DNA from: Anaerolineales bacterium
Lineage (GTDB): Bacteria > Chloroflexota > Anaerolineae > Anaerolineales > Villigracilaceae
Direction: 5' to 3'
Length of the DNA stretch: 51,099 bases
Assembly (NCBI GenBank): GCA_016789345.1
Contig: JAEURG010000237.1
Span: forward strand, 1-51,099
Of this stretch, positions 8,858-17,864 are shown piece by piece. The translations under genes were made by a program, and so were the position numbers. How positions within the stretch are numbered: position 1 is the stretch's first letter; every line of letters begins with the position of its first letter. The notes beneath the pieces are model-generated. The model was given only the letters and a program-made list of their open reading frames with translations, was not told where the DNA came from and did no database searches.

Positions 8858-11056
8858 ATGCAAAACTCTGCAATTGGCAAATCACACCCGCGTGTTGATG
8901 CGCGCGGAAAAGTCACTGGCGAAACTTTATATTCTGGCGATGTGCATCGCGCCAAAATGTTGCACATGAAAATTTTGTTTGCCGAACGCCCACACGCCAA
9001 AGTAAAGAATATTCATTTAACAAAAGCATTGGCATCGCCCGGTGTGGTTGCAATTTTCACCGCCAAAGATGTTCCTAACAACGAATACGGTTTGCAAATT
9101 CCAGACCAACCCGTTTTTTGCGGACCTGGTTCATCCAAACCTTATACCGATATTGTCCGTTTTGTCGGTGACCAAATTGCCGCAGTGGTAGCAAACACTG
9201 AGTCACAAGCGCATGATGCGATGAAATTAATCGAAGTGGATTATGAAGACTTACCGCCTCTGCTTGACCCGATAACTGCTATGCGCTCGGATGCTTTGGT
9301 CTTACACCCCGACCGTGGTGATACAAACATTTGTGTTCATTACAAAATTCGCAAAGGAGATGTGGACGAAGCATTTAAGCAAGCGGATGTCATTGTTGAA
9401 AGCGAGTACCATACTCCAGTGCAGGAACATGCCTACCTCCAGCCTGAAGCGGGCTTGGCATACATTGATGAAAACGGATTAATCGCAGTCGAATCAGCCG
9501 GGCAGTGGACTCATGCAGATAGAAAATCTATTGCTCATGCTTTAGATTTACCCGAAGAAAGTGTGCGGGTGATTTATCCAGCCATTGGCGGTGCATTTGG
9601 CGGACGGGAAGATTTATCGGTTCAAATTCCATTAGCATTAGCGGCTTGGAAGTTACAACGACCCGTAAAAATAATTTGGTCTCGTAGGGAATCAATTATT
9701 GGGCATGGCAAACGGCATGAAGTTTTTCTCAAAGCAAAATGGGGCGCCACAAAAGATGGCAAAGTGATTGCGATTGAAAATGAAATTATTGGCGATGGCG
9801 GCGCATACATGTACACTTCGAATAAAGTGTTGGGGAATTCAGCGATTACATCAACGGGACCTTACTTTATACCGAATGTAAAAACAGATGTGTACGGCGT
9901 TTATACAAACAATTTGCCCGGCGCGGCATTTCGCGGATTTGGTGCGCCACAAGCCTTGTTTATGGCTGAAAGCCAAATGAATAAGTTAGCAGAAAAACTT
10001 GGTATAGACCCTGTTGAGTTTCGTTTGAAAAATGCTTTAAGAGATGGTGACACAATGGGAGTTGGCACACCTGCACCAGGACCTGTTACTGTTGTGCAAT
10101 GTATTGAAGCGGCGAGAGATAAGTTTGGGTGGAAGAAAAAGACGAAGAAAAAAGTTAACAAAAAAAGTAATCAGTATTCAGTAGTCAGTGGTCGTGGATT
10201 TGCGGCAGGATTTAAGAATGTCGGTTTTTCGTTTGGCTATCAAGAAAATTGTTGGGCAAAAGTAGAAATTTATGGCAATGGCAAAATTGAAAAAGTGATT
10301 TTGCATCATGCTGGCGCGGAAGTTGGTCAAGGTACACATACCGTGATGATTCAAATGGCGGCGCAAGCATTAAGTGTACCGACTGATATTATTGACTTAA
10401 GAGTTTCTGATTCAGCCACACAAGAAAATCCCGGTTCTGCTTCCGCTTCGAGATTAACTTTCATGGCGGGTAACTCCATCAAAGGTGCGGCGGAGTTGGC
10501 ATTACAAAAATGGAATAATGAAGAACGCCCTGCCATTGCTGAGTTTAAGTATCTTGCTCCACGCACCACGCCAATGGATAAAGAAACTGGATTTTCTACG
10601 CCAAATTTTCAATATGCGTGGGTGGCGCAAGCCTGTGAAGTTGAAGTGGATACAGAAACAGGTCATGTAAAAGTGACGCGCATCTTATCTGCGGATGATG
10701 TGGGTAAAGCCATCAACCCTGATTTAATCGTTGGGCAAATTGAAGGCGCCATTGTCCAAGCACATGGTTATGCTGTGTTGGAAGATTTCAAAATGAAAGA
10801 TGGCAAAGTATTAACTGACCAATTCAGTAATTATTTATTACCAACCATTTTAGATATTCCTGAAAAAGTAGAATCTGTTCTAGTAGAAATCCCTGACCCG
10901 AATGGTCCATGGGGTGCACGCGGCGTTGGAGAATTGCCTTACCTTCCAGTTGCACCCGTCATTGCGGCGGCAATTCATGATGCAACTGGAGTTTGGATTA
11001 ATGAATTTCCATTCACGCCGGAAAGAGTGTTGAGGGCGTTGGGGAAGATAAAGTAA
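8858..11056 (+). CDS. Xanthine dehydrogenase family molybdopterin-binding subunit
   Basis: GGAFGGRE, AFRGFGAPQ, EVGQG, GQIEG, GARGVGE motifs. Confidence 0.95.
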   Translation: MQNSAIGKSHPRVDARGKVTGETLYSGDVHRAKMLHMKILFAERPHAKVKNIHLTKALASPGVVAIFTAKDVPNNEYGLQIPDQPVFCGPGSSKPYTDIVRFVGDQIAAVVANTESQAHDAMKLIEVDYEDLPPLLDPITAMRSDALVLHPDRGDTNICVHYKIRKGDVDEAFKQADVIVESEYHTPVQEHAYLQPEAGLAYIDENGLIAVESAGQWTHADRKSIAHALDLPEESVRVIYPAIGGAFGGREDLSVQIPLALAAWKLQRPVKIIWSRRESIIGHGKRHEVFLKAKWGATKDGKVIAIENEIIGDGGAYMYTSNKVLGNSAITSTGPYFIPNVKTDVYGVYTNNLPGAAFRGFGAPQALFMAESQMNKLAEKLGIDPVEFRLKNALRDGDTMGVGTPAPGPVTVVQCIEAARDKFGWKKKTKKKVNKKSNQYSVVSGRGFAAGFKNVGFSFGYQENCWAKVEIYGNGKIEKVILHHAGAEVGQGTHTVMIQMAAQALSVPTDIIDLRVSDSATQENPGSASASRLTFMAGNSIKGAAELALQKWNNEERPAIAEFKYLAPRTTPMDKETGFSTPNFQYAWVAQACEVEVDTETGHVKVTRILSADDVGKAINPDLIVGQIEGAIVQAHGYAVLEDFKMKDGKVLTDQFSNYLLPTILDIPEKVESVLVEIPDPNGPWGARGVGELPYLPVAPVIAAAIHDATGVWINEFPFTPERVLRALGKIK
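10166..10193 (+). repeat. Intragenic heptamer tandem repeat
   Basis: AGTAATC AGTATTC AGTAGTC AGTGGTC. Confidence 0.6.
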
Positions 11057-11074
11057 GATGGTGAAGTCATAAGA

Positions 11075-11521
11075 ATGAGAAAAACCTATAAATTAAATCA
11101 AAGGTGGAAGTTTTTACTACTTGGAGTGTCATTTTTATTAATAGTTTTTATTTTGATTTTTACTTTTGTTTATTTATCAGAAAAACAATTAATCTTTTTA
11201 GAGTTTGTTTTAGTAAAGGTTATCTTATTAGGACTTCTCGCTTTTGGCACATTCTCTACAGAGATTGCTATCTCTCCTACCGGGCTTACTAGCGTTTCTT
11301 TCGGTAGGAGCAAGTTTATTCCTTGGGAAGATGTAAAAAGTATTGAGATTAATCCCTTGAACTTTCAGATATTCGCAAAATTAAAAACACCCAATGAAAT
11401 TTTTGCATTTTCACCATTTATTGCAGACAATCCATCAGATTTACTTGCAGAATTAGCAAACTATCTTCCAAAAGAATATTTCCAAAAAGAGTTATATGAT
11501 TTCAGATTAATAAAATCATAA
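11075..11521 (+). CDS. Hypothetical membrane protein (2 TM plus bacterial PH-like tail)
   Basis: 148 aa, very AT-rich; I.WEDV.SI pattern. Confidence 0.65.
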   Translation: MRKTYKLNQRWKFLLLGVSFLLIVFILIFTFVYLSEKQLIFLEFVLVKVILLGLLAFGTFSTEIAISPTGLTSVSFGRSKFIPWEDVKSIEINPLNFQIFAKLKTPNEIFAFSPFIADNPSDLLAELANYLPKEYFQKELYDFRLIKS

Positions 11522-11527
11522 TTCAAG

Positions 11528-11564
11528 ATGCCCTTCCCTACTTTGACGAAACCAAAGAATTAAA
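11528..11564 (+). pseudogene. Degenerate duplicate of the first ~13 codons of the downstream hydrolase
   Basis: ATGCCCTTCCCT-ACTTTGACGAAACCAAAGAATTAAA vs 11595 ATGCCCTTCCCTTACCTTGACGAAACAAAAGCATTAAA: one indel, three substitutions. Confidence 0.75.
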
Positions 11565-11594
11565 CTGTCTGTATTAAGTTAAAATCATAATTAA

Positions 11595-12506
11595 ATGCCC
11601 TTCCCTTACCTTGACGAAACAAAAGCATTAAATGAATCCACTCGCAAAGAGGCGGGTGGTTCGTTTATTCAATTATCAGATGGAATCACACATTATCAAC
11701 TGGGTGGAGACGATTCCCTTCTCCCTGTGGGAGAGGGGCTAGGGGTGAGGGAAGTTGTTCTCGTTCACGGATTTTCCGTCCCATCCTTTATTTATGACCC
11801 AACTTTTGAATTTTTATCCAAACAAGGTTTTCATGTGTTGAGATATGATTTATTCGGGCGTGGATATTCGGATAGACCGAAACTTCAATATGACATTCAT
11901 CTTTTTGTGAAACAACTCAAAGAATTGTTAGATAAACTCAATTTCAAAAAAATAAACCTAGTGGGTTTGTCTATGGGGGGACCGATTACGGCAAAATTTG
12001 TTGCGGAATATCCACAGTATGTATCCAAACATATTTTGATTGACCCCGCAGGTGCAAAACCAATTAAATTATCAACGCTGTTGAAGATAGTGAAAATTCC
12101 GTTGCTCGGCGAACTGTTACTTGGTCTGTTTGGAAGCGTAAGTATGGTTAAGTCTGTTGCAGATGATTTGTTCACGCCTGAACTCGTTGAACATTTTCAG
12201 AAAAAATATTCAATTCAAATGGGTTATCATGGATTCAAACGGGCAATTTTATCTACGATGCGAAATAACATGCTAGGCTCATTTTTAGAAGTTTATGAGC
12301 AAATTGGAAAATTGAAAAAACCGACATTATTATTTTGGGGCAAGCAAGATGCAACTGTGCCGTTTGAACATAGTGAAATTATTTTGAAAGCCATTCCGCA
12401 TACTGAATTTCATGCCATTGAAGATTGTGGGCACATTCCACATTACGAAAAACCAGATGAAGTGAATCCGATTTTGTTAGAATTTTTGAAGAGGAAACAT
12501 GAATAA
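11595..12506 (+). CDS. Alpha/beta fold hydrolase
   Basis: VHGF, DLFGRGYS, GLSMGG nucleophile elbow, CGHIPH. Confidence 0.93.
   Translation: MPFPYLDETKALNESTRKEAGGSFIQLSDGITHYQLGGDDSLLPVGEGLGVREVVLVHGFSVPSFIYDPTFEFLSKQGFHVLRYDLFGRGYSDRPKLQYDIHLFVKQLKELLDKLNFKKINLVGLSMGGPITAKFVAEYPQYVSKHILIDPAGAKPIKLSTLLKIVKIPLLGELLLGLFGSVSMVKSVADDLFTPELVEHFQKKYSIQMGYHGFKRAILSTMRNNMLGSFLEVYEQIGKLKKPTLLFWGKQDATVPFEHSEIILKAIPHTEFHAIEDCGHIPHYEKPDEVNPILLEFLKRKHE
11716..11751 (+). repeat. CCCTCTCCC...GGGAGAGGG-type palindromic element inserted in-frame
   Basis: CCCTTCTCCCTGTGGGAGAGGGGCTAGGGGTGAGGG, 36 nt, GC-rich in an AT-rich gene. Confidence 0.75.
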
Positions 12507-12993
12507 AACGAATATTCAAACTTTGTTCAAATATAATCAATGGGCGAATGCAAAAATTTTTTTCGCCGCCTCAAACCTGACCGTCGAGCAGTTTCTTGCT
12601 TCGGATACTTTTCCTCACGGCGGCATTCGCGGCACGCTTACCCACGCCTTATTTGCCGAGTGGATTTGGCGCAATCGTTGGGAAGGCGAATCACCTACGA
12701 CAAGATTCAAGCCTGAAGATTTTCCAACTTTTGAGTCATTACAAACTCGTTGGTTAGAAGAAGAAAAAGAATTAATGAAATTTGTAGACGGAGTAGCCGA
12801 TGAAAAATTAAATTCAGTTTTTCATTACAAATCTACAAATGGTGTAAAGTTTGAAAATATTTTATGGGAATCAATGGTGCATGTCGTCAATCACGGCACG
12901 CAACATCGCACGGAAGTTGCCGCTATGTTAACGGATTTTGGTCACTCGCCAGGGGATATTGATATGATTTTATTTTTGAGGAAAAAGATATAA
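12499..12993 (+). CDS. DinB family protein
   Basis: YN.WAN, TLTH, W..RW.G, HVVNHGTQHR. Confidence 0.92.
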   Translation: MNKTNIQTLFKYNQWANAKIFFAASNLTVEQFLASDTFPHGGIRGTLTHALFAEWIWRNRWEGESPTTRFKPEDFPTFESLQTRWLEEEKELMKFVDGVADEKLNSVFHYKSTNGVKFENILWESMVHVVNHGTQHRTEVAAMLTDFGHSPGDIDMILFLRKKI

Positions 12994-13001
12994 AGGATTG
13001 A

Positions 13002-13760
13002 ATGAATAAAATAAAAAATTATATTTATCGTAATCGCCATAATTTGGCTGTGTTCGTTTTACTAAACCTCGCCTGTTTAACGTGTATTGTGCTTGTCTTT
13101 GCACGCGTCACTTATACCGACTCATTTCGTCATTCAGGATTAATTTGGAATCTTTTCCTCGCATGGATACCTTTTATCTTGGCATATTTTGCTCATGCAA
13201 TTTCTTGGCGGAAGATAACTTTGTATATTGGGATTCCGATAATTGCTTTCTTGTGGTTAATCTTTTTCCCAAACGCCCCATATATGCTGACAGATTTACA
13301 AGACCTCGCCCGCGCTGGCGGAGTCGGCGCGCCACTTTGGTATGACGTGATTATTGTAGTGTGGTGTTCATGGACAGGTACGCTGCTCGGAATCATTTCA
13401 CTATACTTGATGCAAGATATTATCTTCCGCACCATTGGCAGGTGGGTGGGCTGGGCTTTTGTCTTCATCATTTCGGCGGCGAGTAGTTTCGGCATGTATA
13501 TTGGTCGCTTTGTGCGATTAAATTCGTGGGATATTTTACAAAACCCCTCTGAAACCGCTATGGAAATTTTAGGCTTAGTCATTGACCCTAGTATGCGCCT
13601 CGCCGCGTTTACGGTTTTATATACAGTTTTCTTTCTATTTATATTTTTGTTGCTTTATTCATTTAGCCACATGCTCGTAGAGCAAACAACAAGATTACAA
13701 GAAACTCCAGAACAATTGGCTTCTACACAACCATCCAACACCACTTCATTGCGAGCGTAG
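13002..13760 (+). CDS. DUF1361 family membrane protein, copy 1
   Basis: WNLFLAWIP, WLIFFPNAPY.LTD, YIGRF.R.NSWD. Confidence 0.9.
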   Translation: MNKIKNYIYRNRHNLAVFVLLNLACLTCIVLVFARVTYTDSFRHSGLIWNLFLAWIPFILAYFAHAISWRKITLYIGIPIIAFLWLIFFPNAPYMLTDLQDLARAGGVGAPLWYDVIIVVWCSWTGTLLGIISLYLMQDIIFRTIGRWVGWAFVFIISAASSFGMYIGRFVRLNSWDILQNPSETAMEILGLVIDPSMRLAAFTVLYTVFFLFIFLLLYSFSHMLVEQTTRLQETPEQLASTQPSNTTSLRA

Positions 13761-13861
13761 CGAAGCAATCCCCAATAAATATGTTCTTAGGTATTATGTT
13801 TGAGATTGCTTCGGGTTGGTCTCGATACGCTTCGCTACTCGACCATAGCCCTCGCAATGAC
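13746..13861. repeat. TCATTGCGAG...CTCGCAATGAC composite palindromic element with a nested second element
   Basis: Outer arms TCATTGCGAG/CTCGCAATGA, inner CGAAGCAATC/GATTGCTTCG, nested GGTCTCGATACGCTTCGCTACTCGACC (13818-13844). Confidence 0.8.
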
Positions 13862-13933
13862 ATGGATTCCTGATAGCCTTTGCAAGCCTTTGAAAGAAAA
13901 TAGACGTACACTTGCCTCAACTTGGAGGTCGCC

Positions 13934-14632
13934 ATGAAAAATTTATATCAACAGATTTACCCTTATCGCTTTCGATTAACGCTTTTCACTCTATTGTGTG
14001 GAGCAACATTATTTGCGGTTGTTCTATTTCGTTTGAGAACCATTCTCAGTGGCTCAGATGAATATGCGTTCTTGTTGTGGAATATTTTTCTAGCATGGAT
14101 TCCGCTTGGGTTTGCCTACGCCGCTGAATCATTTTCATGGAATCGCAAAACGCTTTTGCTCCTTATGCCTTTCGTGGCTTTGTTGTGGCTTTTATTTTTT
14201 CCAAATGCACCCTATATTCTCACAGACTTGTTTCATTTAAGTTGGAAAAAAGCAGGTGATATACCCATTTGGTTTGATACCCTTCTGCTATTATGGTTTG
14301 CATGGACGGGGTTATCACTTGGTTTAATTTCTATGTTTATGATGCAAAACATTGTCCGTAGAGCATTTGGCAGAATCACAGGTTGGCTGTTTGTATTATC
14401 GGTTGGTTTTCTTGCAAGTCTTGGCATTTACATTGGCAGATTTTTAAGATGGAACTCGTGGGACGTGCTTTTTAATCCGCGTGACCGTTTCATTGAATTA
14501 TTGTATTATTCAACCAATCCTAGTTTACAATCAATCATGTTTATCAGCATATTTTCTGCTTTGTTTATTTTTATCTACATCACAATTTATACATTTGGTT
14601 TACTTTTACAGGAACAAATCCAAAAAACATGA
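13934..14632 (+). CDS. DUF1361 family membrane protein, copy 2
   Basis: GGAGG RBS before ATG 13934; same motifs as copy 1. Confidence 0.9.
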   Translation: MKNLYQQIYPYRFRLTLFTLLCGATLFAVVLFRLRTILSGSDEYAFLLWNIFLAWIPLGFAYAAESFSWNRKTLLLLMPFVALLWLLFFPNAPYILTDLFHLSWKKAGDIPIWFDTLLLLWFAWTGLSLGLISMFMMQNIVRRAFGRITGWLFVLSVGFLASLGIYIGRFLRWNSWDVLFNPRDRFIELLYYSTNPSLQSIMFISIFSALFIFIYITIYTFGLLLQEQIQKT

Positions 14633-15426
14633 AACCCTTAATTATCATTCGCGGCGGCGGCGACCTTGCAACTGGAATTGCATTGCGTTTGCATCGTGTT
14701 GGTTTTCAAATCACAATTCTTGAACTCGATAAACCGCTTGCTGTCCGTCGTACGGTTTCATTTTCAGAGGCTGTGTACGAAGGCGTACAAACTATTGAGG
14801 GCGTAGTCGCAAGGCTTGTTTCAGCAGACCAGTTTCAAGTCACGATGGAAGCGGGCGAAATCGCAGTATTAATTGACCCACATGCCAACATCTTAAAGAA
14901 TCAATTTTTAACGAGTCCACAATCTACTTTTGTGATTGATGCCCGACTCTTAAAATCTGAGCCTGACCCTTTACCTTCGGAAGTCGCGCTTCATATCGGA
15001 CTTGGACCTGGTTTCTCTGCCCCAGCCAATTGCCATGCCGTGATAGAGACTCGCCGAAGCCACACGCTTGGCAGGGTGTATTGGGAAGGGCAAGCGCAAG
15101 CCGATAGCAAACAACCTGATGGCGACGCGCGGCGTATACTGCGTGCGCCAGCAAATGGGAATATTGAGGCATTAAAACAAATTGGTGATGTTTGTAAAGC
15201 AGGTGAAAAAATTTGTTTGGTGAATAATCAACCAGTCGTCAGCTCGTTTGATGGAATCTTGCGCGGCTTGATTCACCCAAAAGTAGATGTAGTTGAAGGC
15301 ATGAAAATTGGGGATGTGGATTCTCGCAATGACCCCGATTTAATTCGTTTGGTTTCAGATAAATCTTTAGCAGTGGCAGGTGGCGTGTTAGAGGCGGTGT
15401 TTAGTAAATTAAAAGATAGCGATTAG
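14629..15426 (+). CDS. yqeB: Selenium-dependent molybdenum hydroxylase system protein (YqeB/EF2563 family)
   Basis: IIRGGGDLATG, AVRRTVSFSEA, IGLGPGF, ETRRSH.LGR, KIGDVDSR, SDKSLAVAGGVLEA. Confidence 0.9.
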   Translation: MKPLIIIRGGGDLATGIALRLHRVGFQITILELDKPLAVRRTVSFSEAVYEGVQTIEGVVARLVSADQFQVTMEAGEIAVLIDPHANILKNQFLTSPQSTFVIDARLLKSEPDPLPSEVALHIGLGPGFSAPANCHAVIETRRSHTLGRVYWEGQAQADSKQPDGDARRILRAPANGNIEALKQIGDVCKAGEKICLVNNQPVVSSFDGILRGLIHPKVDVVEGMKIGDVDSRNDPDLIRLVSDKSLAVAGGVLEAVFSKLKDSD

Positions 15427-16322
15427 CCTTTGGCAGTTAACATTTCGCGGTCAAAAATAGAAGGATTGGTGTATAAGCCTTCGCGTAAATAAGTACGCGC
15501 AAGCTCAACATCCCGTAAAACTTTTTGAATGTTTTCATATTCTGAATCACATAACAATACGCCAACATTGGCTTTCATTTCCAAATCATGCTGGCGATTA
15601 TCAATAAAGCGTTTCATACTGTCTTTAACACGCGAGGCAATTTTTAGTGGGGCTTCTGGGCTGGGAATATCTTCTATCAATGTGAAGAAAAGAAAATGAT
15701 TACTAGACCAAGCCATCGTGTCGGTTGGGCGAAGCGTCATACGAAATTGGTCTGCGAGTTTGCGTAAAAACTCATCATATTCGCTTTGGCTAATTTGATT
15801 CTTGAGTTTAGGCAATTGGTCTACTTCGGCAAACAAAACCCCAAATCGACGAAATGAACTTTGTTTGATTCGCTCTAATGAAAAGGTGAGACGAACACTA
15901 AAAAAAGAATAGGCATACAAGCCTGTCGCTTTGTCATGCGAAGGTTCGTTGAGTGCGCCTTGTGTGGTTTGTAATCTTTGCACAAGGTTACTGAGTTGAT
16001 TAATATCTACGGGCTTGAGCAAGAGTAAATCTGGCTCTACGGGTAACGTATCTGCCATTGGTGCATACGCCGTGATAACGACGACTGGCACACGTTTTAA
16101 GCGTTCATCATCGCGCATGTTTTTTAGAATATCAATCCCGCTCATTCTAGGTAATTGCAAATCAAGTAGAACAATGTCTGGAGTCATTGTTCCCAAGCGT
16201 TCCATCGCATCTTTGCCATCTAGCACGATTTCAGTATGATAGCCCGCTACATCCAATACATGCCGAAACAGCGCGACAATGTCGCGGTCATCTTCGACGA
16301 TTAAGGCTACAGGCTTATCCAT
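15423..16322 (-). CDS. Response regulator with degenerate GGDEF domain
   Basis: REC domain (IVEDD, LLDLQLP, KP); D..TGL; RPTD I-site; GGDEF motif absent. Start set at ATG 16322, 6 nt after TATAAT. Confidence 0.85.
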   Translation of the reverse strand: MDKPVALIVEDDRDIVALFRHVLDVAGYHTEIVLDGKDAMERLGTMTPDIVLLDLQLPRMSGIDILKNMRDDERLKRVPVVVITAYAPMADTLPVEPDLLLLKPVDINQLSNLVQRLQTTQGALNEPSHDKATGLYAYSFFSVRLTFSLERIKQSSFRRFGVLFAEVDQLPKLKNQISQSEYDEFLRKLADQFRMTLRPTDTMAWSSNHFLFFTLIEDIPSPEAPLKIASRVKDSMKRFIDNRQHDLEMKANVGVLLCDSEYENIQKVLRDVELARTYLREGLYTNPSIFDREMLTAKG

Positions 16323-16427
16323 AAGGATATTATACGACTTAAATAATCTTATATTGAAATGATTTTTGAATTGCCTTGCATGTATAATCAATTTGCTAGA
16401 CAACCTCAGACCTACAAGGACTAAACC

Positions 16428-17864
16428 ATGTTTGGTTCAGACAACAAGGAGTATTTGATTACTTTGTTTGAATATGCACCGATTTCACTTTGGGAGCAAG
16501 ATTTCAGCCGCATTAAAATCTTGTTTGATGATTTGAAAAAGCAAGGGGTGAAAACTTTGGATTCTTATTTGGATAGCCACCCCGAATTTATCGACGAATG
16601 TATGCAGGCGATTAAGGTTTTGAACGTTAATCAGCAAACGGTTTCGATGTTCAAAGCCGACTCAAAAGAGACGTTTCTTTCAAATTTGAATTTAGTTTTT
16701 CGTGATGGAATGCGTCATCACTTTCGAGATGAATTGCTGTCACTATGGAATGGGGAAATTAAGTGGGCAGGTGAAGGTATCAACTATACGTTAGACGGCG
16801 AAGCGTTAGACATCATCTTGCATTGGCGTATTCTTCCAGAACATGAAAAAAATTGGGATAAAGTTTTAGTCACCATCGAAGACATCACTGCCCGAAAACG
16901 CGCCGAAAAACGACTCGAAAGTTTATTTGAATCTTCACCAATTTCATTGTGGGAAGAAGATTACAGCGAAATCAAAAAATATTTTGATGCGCTTCGAGAA
17001 CAAGGTGTAACTGATTTTGAAGATTATTTGCGCGAACATCCTGAAGCCTCATTGCATTGTGCTTCATTGATTCGCGTGTTAAATATCAACCAAAAAACTT
17101 TAGAATTGTTTGGCGCAAATTCTAAAAATGATTTGTTGAATAATTTAAGTCAAGTGTTTCGTGATGAAATGGGAAATTCATTTGCCAAAGAACTTATAGA
17201 TTTATGGAATGGAAAATTATATTATGAACGCGAAGGAATTAATTATTCACTGACAGGCGAACCAATTAATATTCTTTTGAGTTTTCGCGTGATGCCCGGG
17301 CACGAAGATGATTTTTCATGGGTAACAGTTGCAATACAAGATATTACGGCACGAAAAAAAGCGGAAGAATATTTGCGTTACCTCGGCACGCATGATGTCA
17401 TGACTGGTTTATATAATCGCGCGTATTTTGAAGAAACAATTTTGAAATTAGAAGCCAATCGCGTAGAACCAACCAGCATTGTAATTGTTGATTTGAATTA
17501 TCTCAAACACGTCAACGATACTTTTGGGCATCAAGCAGGCGATAAATTAATTCGCCGCATTGCAGAAGTTTTGCAAGCCGCATCGGAAGATAAATATTTC
17601 ACAGCGCGTATTGGCGGCGATGAGTTTGTTGTTATCTTGCCAAATGAAAACGAAGAAACCGCAAATGAATTTATGAAGCATCTTCAAGTATTGGTTGAAA
17701 TGAATAATAAATTTTATCGCGAGCCTGAATTAAGCGTTTCCATTGGCGTTGCTACCAGCACGCCTGAGTTGAGCCTTGAAAAAGTAATCAACCTAGCGGA
17801 TGATGCTATGTATAAAAATAAAGGCGAACATCACCGCCGCCGCAAAGATGACCCAAAACTTTAG
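16428..17864 (+). CDS. PAS-PAS diguanylate cyclase
   Basis: Two tandem ~150-aa PAS-like repeats; D.MTGLYNR, LK.VND.FGH..GD, RIGGDEF, ADDAMY. Confidence 0.92.
   Translation: MFGSDNKEYLITLFEYAPISLWEQDFSRIKILFDDLKKQGVKTLDSYLDSHPEFIDECMQAIKVLNVNQQTVSMFKADSKETFLSNLNLVFRDGMRHHFRDELLSLWNGEIKWAGEGINYTLDGEALDIILHWRILPEHEKNWDKVLVTIEDITARKRAEKRLESLFESSPISLWEEDYSEIKKYFDALREQGVTDFEDYLREHPEASLHCASLIRVLNINQKTLELFGANSKNDLLNNLSQVFRDEMGNSFAKELIDLWNGKLYYEREGINYSLTGEPINILLSFRVMPGHEDDFSWVTVAIQDITARKKAEEYLRYLGTHDVMTGLYNRAYFEETILKLEANRVEPTSIVIVDLNYLKHVNDTFGHQAGDKLIRRIAEVLQAASEDKYFTARIGGDEFVVILPNENEETANEFMKHLQVLVEMNNKFYREPELSVSIGVATSTPELSLEKVINLADDAMYKNKGEHHRRRKDDPKL

Noticed and set aside
7020-15426. Selenocysteine read-through in the molybdoenzyme region
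   Set aside because: Both subunits are complete; the TGA ending the FAD/FeS gene falls at the natural domain end. YqeB implies labile Se, not Sec.
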